NCBI GenBank assembly: GCA_964471995.1
Contig: CAYYIR010000001.1
Location: 1 to 33,233, forward strand
Source of the DNA: an uncultured Nitrospina sp.
Lineage (GTDB): Bacteria > Nitrospinota > Nitrospinia > Nitrospinales > VA-1
Reading direction: 5' to 3'
DNA length: 33,233 nucleotides
In this document: positions 27,496-33,233 of the stretch, in pieces
Layout of the letters: every line of letters begins with the position of its first letter
How positions within the stretch are numbered: position 1 is the first letter of the stretch
Made by a program: the position numbers and the translations under genes
The notes under the pieces: model-generated
Database searches by the model: none
What the model was told of the DNA's origin: nothing
Seen by the model: only the letters and a program-made list of their open reading frames with translations

Positions 27496-28224
27496 TTAAC
27501 GGTTGCCCTTGCTTTTTTGCTTATCCCGCCAGAGGATGAGCCAGTGTTGTAATAGTTTGATAGGTTGTGTGCCACGAAACTTTCGGCGTTTGATTTTGGG
27601 TAATGCGTCGTGTTGGAGCTTAGCTATGACGGTTGAACCGACGGCTTCTTCTATGACTACTCCGCGTTGAGCGTGTTCCAGCTTTTTTGATTCGCAGACT
27701 CCTCGAAATGCGACTACCATTCGACAGTCTAGAGGTCGGTCTTCATATACCTGACAGGCTCCTTCATCATTTAGAAATGGGCAAGGTTGATTTATTACTA
27801 GTCGATGCCAGTCTACCTGATCAAGGTTTTTCCCTGACTGAATTACTTCATCCACCTTTTTAATAGTTCGATGCGACTTTTCAATAAGCTTATTAAGGTC
27901 AATACCTTTTTCTTCGGTATTTTTTAGGATGCCGTCCCATTCTATTTGCGTGCAGGTCACTCCAGTATGGCAGCAATTATCGCAACCACGGTGACATTGT
28001 AAAGGTGGAATTCCTTCGTGATACACTTTTTCAAGATGTTTCCAGAACATTCTTAGGGCGGAGGTTTTTTCCAGTTTTGCCCTGTCCTTAGAAAACTCGA
28101 CTAAGTTTTCATATGCCTGTTGAATTTGGTTTTCTGGAAATTTGTGTTGCAGAAATTTGCCTAGTTCATCGGTATGAGTCATACCGTAAATGAACATTCC
28201 ATTTTGATCAGTTTGCAGGGACAT
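27496..28224 (-). CDS. YkgJ-family (CxxCxxCC-type) cysteine-cluster protein
   Basis: Cys cluster CHRGCDNCCHTGVTC, plus a second group QPCPFLNDEGACQVYEDRPLDCRM typical of the putative Zn/Fe-chelating UPF0153 domain. Confidence 0.6.
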   Translation of the reverse strand: MSLQTDQNGMFIYGMTHTDELGKFLQHKFPENQIQQAYENLVEFSKDRAKLEKTSALRMFWKHLEKVYHEGIPPLQCHRGCDNCCHTGVTCTQIEWDGILKNTEEKGIDLNKLIEKSHRTIKKVDEVIQSGKNLDQVDWHRLVINQPCPFLNDEGACQVYEDRPLDCRMVVAFRGVCESKKLEHAQRGVVIEEAVGSTVIAKLQHDALPKIKRRKFRGTQPIKLLQHWLILWRDKQKSKGNR

Positions 28225-28244
28225 TTAAATAAACTGAAATATAT

Positions 28245-28652
28245 CTATTGCTGGCCGGTGCTTTTTGTTTTAGCAACGTATTTCATTTGCAGTTCATAGA
28301 TTAACTGTTCCAGCAGTTTGTTTTCCTCTGCATTGAGATTATTTTTCGTTTTTTCTCTTAACATAGTGAGCATATCAATGGTCTGATGAACGGCTGGTAG
28401 GTTAGTTTCTGTTTTACCTGTTTCCGGATCAGCGATGTCTCCTAAATGGTAAAATGCTGAGGAAGTTAACGACATTATAAATGTTGAAAAATCAATCTGA
28501 AAAGGTTCCTGGGGTTGGTTTTCCTTGCCTGTCTCAGTGGGGGATACGCTTTCTTGTGGGTCGTGGGTTTCAGCTTCTTCCTCTGAAAGTTGCGAAGACC
28601 GGCTGTCTTTAATTACGAATCCTTCTCCTTCAGCTTTATCGTCGTCACTCAT
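28245..28652 (-). CDS. DUF1844-like protein
   Basis: Acidic N-terminus, then FSTFIMSLTSSAFYHLGDIADPETGKTETNLPAVHQTIDMLTMLREKTKNNLNAEENKLLEQLIYELQMKYV. This matches my recollection of the DUF1844 pattern and was not verified by search. Confidence 0.55.
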   Translation of the reverse strand: MSDDDKAEGEGFVIKDSRSSQLSEEEAETHDPQESVSPTETGKENQPQEPFQIDFSTFIMSLTSSAFYHLGDIADPETGKTETNLPAVHQTIDMLTMLREKTKNNLNAEENKLLEQLIYELQMKYVAKTKSTGQQ

Positions 28653-28673
28653 AATTCGCCTTCTCTAAAAAAA

Positions 28674-28913
28674 TTAAGGATTTTTCTCATCACCCACCAG
28701 AAGCGTAACCGAAAAACCCAATACGAACATAATGAGCCCCAGCATTAAGGATAAATATCCTTTCCCTTCAATAAACTCCATGTAAGATTTCCCTAGTATT
28801 GGCCATTGCCGGATGATGCCAACAATTACAAAAATCAAGCCAAGACCAAACAAAACTTTTTTAGTCCATTGGACGCTTTGTGCCTTGTATTCAGAATCAA
28901 TTTCTTGTGACAT
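28674..28913 (-). CDS. Small membrane protein (two predicted TM helices)
   Basis: 79 aa with two hydrophobic stretches (VLFGLGLIFVIVGII and LSLMLGLIMFVLGFSVTLLV). Co-directional with the two preceding genes, 21 nt from the next one. Confidence 0.5.
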   Translation of the reverse strand: MSQEIDSEYKAQSVQWTKKVLFGLGLIFVIVGIIRQWPILGKSYMEFIEGKGYLSLMLGLIMFVLGFSVTLLVGDEKNP

Positions 28914-29087
28914 AAGGGTTAGGGCAAGTCTTTTGAGTATTGATTGCTAACTGTGGAGGGTTAGCCTTTGCAATGCAATGAGCTCGCTAGATGTTAGCAA
29001 ATGGCTGATTTCATGTCAAAATATTAGTGCTGTTTTCCCTATTTTGATAAAATTGCGGTATGAAATCCGGCCCTTTAACTTTTTCTA

Positions 29088-30125
29088 TCAAAAAAAAGTT
29101 TCAATACTTGCCGTTTGTTTGAGCTCTTCAATATAGCTCGCTACCTGTTTTTTAGCCTCTTCAAGAAATAAATGTTTTTGAATCCCCGGTTTCATTTCAT
29201 CAAAAGTTGCCAGTTCGGGTGGTTTCTTTTCTATCAGTTGAATTACATGAAACCCAAATTTAGTTTTTATTTTCTCTGAGATTTCACCTGGATTTAATTT
29301 TTCTGCCGCTTCATCGAAACTTTCATCAAAAATTCCTTTATAAATATAATCCAGATCTCCTCCTGTTTCTCTTGATGATTCATCGTCAGACTGATTTTTT
29401 GCAAGCTCTTTAAAGTCGGCACCTTTTTTAAGCTCTTCAATTACTTTGTCGATTTTTTCTTCTGCCATCCGCGCAAAAAACTCCTTGTTTTTTTTAAGTT
29501 CTTTTATGGTTTGGTTTCGTAATGCTTCGGGTGGAAAATATGCTGCGAGTATATGACGTGCGTGATAGGCTTCGGGTCTCTGAAATTTTGATTTGTTTTC
29601 CTCGTAATATTTTTTCACATCTTCATTAGAGATGTTGATCTTCCCTTTTATCTGTGCATTGAGAAGCTGACGAGCGTTCAAATCAATCTGCATTGACTTT
29701 TTAATATCCTCTAGGTTGATATTTCGGGTCTTTAGAGCATTATTAAACTCATCCCCAGAGGAATAGGCTGAACGAAGAGACTCAAGCTCTGTTTCTATCA
29801 TTTTATTATCTAATACTAATTTTTCTTTTTTTCCTTGTTGATTAATAAGTTCTCGCACAATTTCTTTTTCTATTAAGTCTTTTACTATGCTGGTTTTTTC
29901 TTTTATCGTAAGAGGGCGATTGATTTTTTTGATTATCTGGCTTAGTCGGAACTGAATGTATTTGGATTCAATGTCAACCCCATTGACGCGGGCAACCAAT
30001 TTAGGGATTTCGATATTAAGTTTTGATGTCGGGCGTGTTTGTGCCGAAATTGAACCTGTGAATGCTATTGAATAAATAAAGCTAAGAATTAGAACGTAAA
30101 AAAGAAAACTGAAACGGATTTTCAT
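29088..30125 (-). CDS. Periplasmic parvulin-type peptidyl-prolyl isomerase (SurA/PpiD-like chaperone)
   Basis: Signal peptide MKIRFSFLFYVLILSFIYSIAFTGSISAQ, a SurA-N-like helical region, and a PpiC domain (YHARHILAAY ... GGDLDYIYKGIFDESFDEAA ... TKFGFHVIQLIEK). The track ORF opens at GTG 30176; ATG 30125 is preferred. Confidence 0.8.
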   Translation of the reverse strand: MKIRFSFLFYVLILSFIYSIAFTGSISAQTRPTSKLNIEIPKLVARVNGVDIESKYIQFRLSQIIKKINRPLTIKEKTSIVKDLIEKEIVRELINQQGKKEKLVLDNKMIETELESLRSAYSSGDEFNNALKTRNINLEDIKKSMQIDLNARQLLNAQIKGKINISNEDVKKYYEENKSKFQRPEAYHARHILAAYFPPEALRNQTIKELKKNKEFFARMAEEKIDKVIEELKKGADFKELAKNQSDDESSRETGGDLDYIYKGIFDESFDEAAEKLNPGEISEKIKTKFGFHVIQLIEKKPPELATFDEMKPGIQKHLFLEEAKKQVASYIEELKQTASIETFF

Positions 30126-30243
30126 GGGTCTACTTACTGAAATGTTATTAAAATTAAATTTAAGTGAGAATATCACCCATAAATTTTAGTTGCAACACCT
30201 CAAATTGACTGCTTCTCAAGGCTATGGGAAAACTTAACGTTAT

Positions 30244-32862
30244 ATGACTTCAAAATTGAAAATTAATTTTATTGCCTACGCCTGCTTGTTTGCTTCAGGT
30301 ATGGCTACTTTGGTTTACGAACTTATTTGGTTTCGTTATTTAACTCTTGTTTTTGGAGCAAGTTTATATGCTTTAAGTGCAGTTTTATGTGCTTTTATGC
30401 TTGGTCTAGCATGTGGATCTTGGTTGATGGGGCGGTTTCTCGCAAGGGTTGGTGTGTCGAAGAAATTGATTTTATGGTATGGCCTTTTTGAGGGATTGAT
30501 CGGTTTATACGCTTGGTTTTTCCCATTTGGCTTGGAATTATTAGAGAAAATTTATCCTTTGGTATTACCTGCAGATGGTCAGACGGGGCTCGGACTTCAT
30601 GTCATGGAATTTGTTTTTGGCACTTTTTTGATGTTGCCCGCTACTTTATTAATGGGTGCTACGCTACCCTTATTAGGTTGCTGGGCGGTTGGTACTGACA
30701 AGGACCAGGTTTTTTCAAGGTTATCAAGTTTGTATGGGTGGAATACCATGGGCGCTGTTTTTGGTTGCCTGTTCACACAGTTTTTTGCAATACGTTTTTT
30801 GGGTGTTCAAGGTGCTATTTGGATTGGAATTTTATTAAATGCTTTGGTTTTTTTTGTGTGCTTTGTTGGAGTGCGATTTTTAAGTCAAGTAGAATTCCGC
30901 TCCAATATACGACAAAAATTAAAAACATCAGTTGTTCAAGAAAAACTTACACCAACAATAGTATTTTTGATTTTTATGATGTTTGCATATTCAGGGATGG
31001 CAGCTCTTTCGAGTGAAATTTTATGGACACGAATTTTAGTTTTTCCGATGGGAACAACGCTATTTTCTTTTGCGTTGATACTTGCCACCTTTTTATCGGG
31101 AATTGCATTTGGAAGTTTAATGGCAAGGAAACTATTGGGGGAATCAAATTGGGTTTTAAAATTTTTGTTGATCGAGATTGTTATTGGCTTGATTTGTATT
31201 GGAATTCTTCCTTTGCTTGAAAACTTGACAGAATGGACTGCGCTAGCGGACCAATTTTTTTATAGTTTAGAAAACTCGCCTGGAAAAACACTTTTTATAA
31301 GGTTTCTATTTGCCTTCGGATTGATGTTTGTTCCCACGTTTTGTTTTGGTTTGCTATTTCCTCTTGCTAACCATATTTATTCTCAGCATTTGGAAAGTGT
31401 AAGTAAAGCGATTGGCAATGCTTATTCAATAAATACATTTGGAGCAGTTGTGGGAACTATCCTGACGCCCTTTGTATTTATTCCCCTATTTGGTATTCGT
31501 TTGTCAATTTATCTGATCTATGCGGTGTTAATTTTATTTGGAATTTTTGTTTTGGCAATATATAGAAATCAAAAATTTACTTGGACTTCCATTGCTTTGA
31601 TTACTACTTTCATCTTTTTATTAATTGGAAAAACGTTAATTGTTCCTAGTATAGAAACCGGACAATCGGGGGTCCATAACTTAGCCCGACTGGAAATAAA
31701 TGTTCCTAAAGATAGATTAAGGCTTTTAGATTACAAAGAAGGAGAATTTTCTACAATCAGTGTCGTTGAAGACAGGAAATCAGGTGCGCGAACCATTTAT
31801 CTGGATGGTTTTAGTACAGCTACGGTTTCCAGATCTTTTTCAGGCAGTACTTATATGCAGGCTATGGGTTTTGTTCCCATGGCCATTCATCCCGCCCCTA
31901 AAAATGTTCTCGTTATAGGTTTTGGTACTGGAAATACATTGGGAATTGCTTCCCTTTTTCCAAACGCGAATGTTCACGGTGTGGAGATTGATAGAAATGT
32001 TTTGGAGTTTTCTAAATGGTTTTTGGATTGGAATCATGATGTGTTGCAGCGTCCTAATACAAAAATCTTTGTGCAGGATGGACGGGCTTTTTTGCGTTGG
32101 TCAAAAACTCGTTATGATGTGATTATCATAGAGCCAATGTCACCATTGCAGGCGGGTGTGGTTAATCTATACTCCAAAGAATTCTATGAATTGGCTCTAA
32201 ACCGTCTTGAAAATGATGGGATTCTGGTTCAATGGCTTCCCTTGCATTTAGTGGGGTCTGAGGATGCCAAATCAATTATTCATACTTTTAAAAATGTGTT
32301 TCCGAAATTTTCGGTCTGGAACAGTTTTTTAACTCGCATTGTTCTATTGGTAGGATCACGTGAACAGATGATTATTGATAAGAATTTGTTCGAGAAAAAA
32401 TTAGAAAACCCTGAGCTTAAAAAGGTGGCGGAAGAAATGAAGGTGATGTCTTTTCTGGATTTTGCAGATTTCTTTCTCACCGATGGAGGTTATTTGTCTG
32501 GTTTTTTGGAAAATGCTGAAGAGATATCCGATGACAAGCCTCTTCTCGAATTTTCCAAGGTATCTTTGTTACCACCAATGCAATGGGAAACAGATGAAAG
32601 CTTTTTAAATATTTTGCGTCACAGAGTTTATCAAAAGCCTCCTGTAAAAGGATTAAGTAGTACAGAGCAAGATGCTTTTGATCGTAATTTACAATTGAGA
32701 ACAGCGCAAAGGCTCGGTGTGTTTTCGCGACGATACCAAGGCCCAGGAGCACAATTGTTTGCAGCTAAAAATTATCTAGAGGGTTTGAAAGCTATGAATA
32801 TTTATTTTGAAAACCACAAGAAACCTTTAGTTCATTTGGATGATGCTAGGTGGCAAAGATGA
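30244..32862 (+). CDS. Polytopic membrane domain fused to a spermidine-synthase-like (class I methyltransferase-fold) domain with a C-terminal extension
   Basis: The first ~480 aa contain about 12 hydrophobic helices. Next comes VLVIGFGTGNTLG...HGVEIDRNVLEFSKWF...VQDGRAFL...YDVIIIEPMSP...LYSKEFYELALNRLENDGILV, which is colinear with SpeE. About 170 further residues follow. Confidence 0.75.
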   Translation: MTSKLKINFIAYACLFASGMATLVYELIWFRYLTLVFGASLYALSAVLCAFMLGLACGSWLMGRFLARVGVSKKLILWYGLFEGLIGLYAWFFPFGLELLEKIYPLVLPADGQTGLGLHVMEFVFGTFLMLPATLLMGATLPLLGCWAVGTDKDQVFSRLSSLYGWNTMGAVFGCLFTQFFAIRFLGVQGAIWIGILLNALVFFVCFVGVRFLSQVEFRSNIRQKLKTSVVQEKLTPTIVFLIFMMFAYSGMAALSSEILWTRILVFPMGTTLFSFALILATFLSGIAFGSLMARKLLGESNWVLKFLLIEIVIGLICIGILPLLENLTEWTALADQFFYSLENSPGKTLFIRFLFAFGLMFVPTFCFGLLFPLANHIYSQHLESVSKAIGNAYSINTFGAVVGTILTPFVFIPLFGIRLSIYLIYAVLILFGIFVLAIYRNQKFTWTSIALITTFIFLLIGKTLIVPSIETGQSGVHNLARLEINVPKDRLRLLDYKEGEFSTISVVEDRKSGARTIYLDGFSTATVSRSFSGSTYMQAMGFVPMAIHPAPKNVLVIGFGTGNTLGIASLFPNANVHGVEIDRNVLEFSKWFLDWNHDVLQRPNTKIFVQDGRAFLRWSKTRYDVIIIEPMSPLQAGVVNLYSKEFYELALNRLENDGILVQWLPLHLVGSEDAKSIIHTFKNVFPKFSVWNSFLTRIVLLVGSREQMIIDKNLFEKKLENPELKKVAEEMKVMSFLDFADFFLTDGGYLSGFLENAEEISDDKPLLEFSKVSLLPPMQWETDESFLNILRHRVYQKPPVKGLSSTEQDAFDRNLQLRTAQRLGVFSRRYQGPGAQLFAAKNYLEGLKAMNIYFENHKKPLVHLDDARWQR

Positions 32863-33233
32863 TAGGTCTTTTGAAACCCAGCCGTTTTTATAAAGTTTTT
32901 ATTTTATTGTGTTTTCTCTTGATTTTTATTGGGTCTTCAGCTTATGCCCTTGAACCCATTCATCACGAATTAAAGATCGCTTTTCAACCTTTGACCTCAA
33001 TGATTCGAGTTCAGGATAAGATTTCTATAAAGACAACCGATACCAATTGCGATTCTTATAGCTTTTATCTTCATGCAGGAATGAAAGTTGAGGAAGAAGA
33101 AACTTCGATTGGTTGGATGTTTTCTGTTGAAAGCTTGGTGTCAGGTAGTCCCTATCTTCAAAAAATTTTGATACAGAAAAAATCTGGAGAAAACTGTCCA
33201 GAAAAAATATTTGTTAAACTGCATTATTCAGGG
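32859..33233 (+). CDS. Secreted hypothetical protein, N-terminal fragment (runs off the right edge of the window)
   Basis: ATG at 32859 overlaps the upstream TGA stop (ATGA). Hand translation gives MIGLLKPSRFYKVFILLCFLLIFIGSSAYA/LEPIHHELKIAFQP..., a signal peptide followed by an open frame to the window end. There is a faint resemblance to N-terminal beta domains of M1-type peptidases, which is not established. Confidence 0.55.
   Translation, partial: MIGLLKPSRFYKVFILLCFLLIFIGSSAYALEPIHHELKIAFQPLTSMIRVQDKISIKTTDTNCDSYSFYLHAGMKVEEEETSIGWMFSVESLVSGSPYLQKILIQKKSGENCPEKIFVKLHYSG

Noticed and set aside
27436-27510. Possible bidirectional terminator between the convergent oxoprolinase and YkgJ-like genes (GGGCAA ... 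TTGCCC)
   Set aside because: The stem is only 6 bp, the loop is about 33 nt, and there is no flanking T or A tract. One arm lies inside the YkgJ-like coding sequence.
28944-29000. 8-bp inverted repeat TTGCTAAC ... GTTAGCAA (plus a GGTTAGCC copy) in the spacer between the SurA-like gene and the small membrane protein gene
   Set aside because: The arms are short, the spacer is 41 nt, and no U-tract or promoter context is present. It cannot be distinguished from chance in a 174-nt AT-rich spacer.
1-33233. Scan for CRISPR arrays, IS/transposase or integrase genes, tRNA/rRNA/tmRNA, prophage or defence-island content
   Set aside because: I saw no direct-repeat/spacer arrays, no transposase, integrase or recombinase-like translations, no tRNA-like T-loop/acceptor signatures in the spacers, and no abrupt compositional change. 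The window reads as conserved chromosomal core.

Overview
AT-rich 33.2 kb chromosomal core segment from a diderm (LPS-making) bacterium. I found no rRNA, tRNA, CRISPR array or mobile element. About 19 kb (23242 down to 4435) is one co-directional minus-strand array with very short or overlapping junctions: greA-trmB-[REC/AAA+/HTH/LpxC fusion]-purN-lolA-rseP-orf95-[PEP mutase/nucleotidyltransferase fusion]-proS | rimP-nusA-infB-DUF503-rbfA-truB-rpsO-pnp. Only two clear intrinsic terminators are visible, one after proS and one after pnp. To the left lie a B-type succinate dehydrogenase/fumarate reductase operon (sdhC-sdhA, running off the window), a small zinc-ribbon ORF and a 2-hydroxyacid dehydrogenase. 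To the right lie a single-chain 5-oxoprolinase (HyuA+HyuB fusion), three small genes (Cys-cluster YkgJ-like, DUF1844-like, 2-TM), a parvulin/SurA-like PPIase, a polytopic-membrane spermidine-synthase-like fusion and a partial secreted protein. The main finding is a 735-codon ORF that fuses an intact receiver domain, a degenerate NtrC-type AAA+ core and a Fis-like HTH to a full-length LpxC with its catalytic motifs intact. LpxC performs the committed step of lipid A synthesis. The second finding is a PEP phosphomutase (EDKxxxxxNS motif present) fused to a nucleotidyltransferase and inserted, with a 95-codon ORF, between rseP and proS. No phosphonopyruvate-consuming partner is visible in the window. 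All calls come from reading the translations and motifs by eye; no database search was run.
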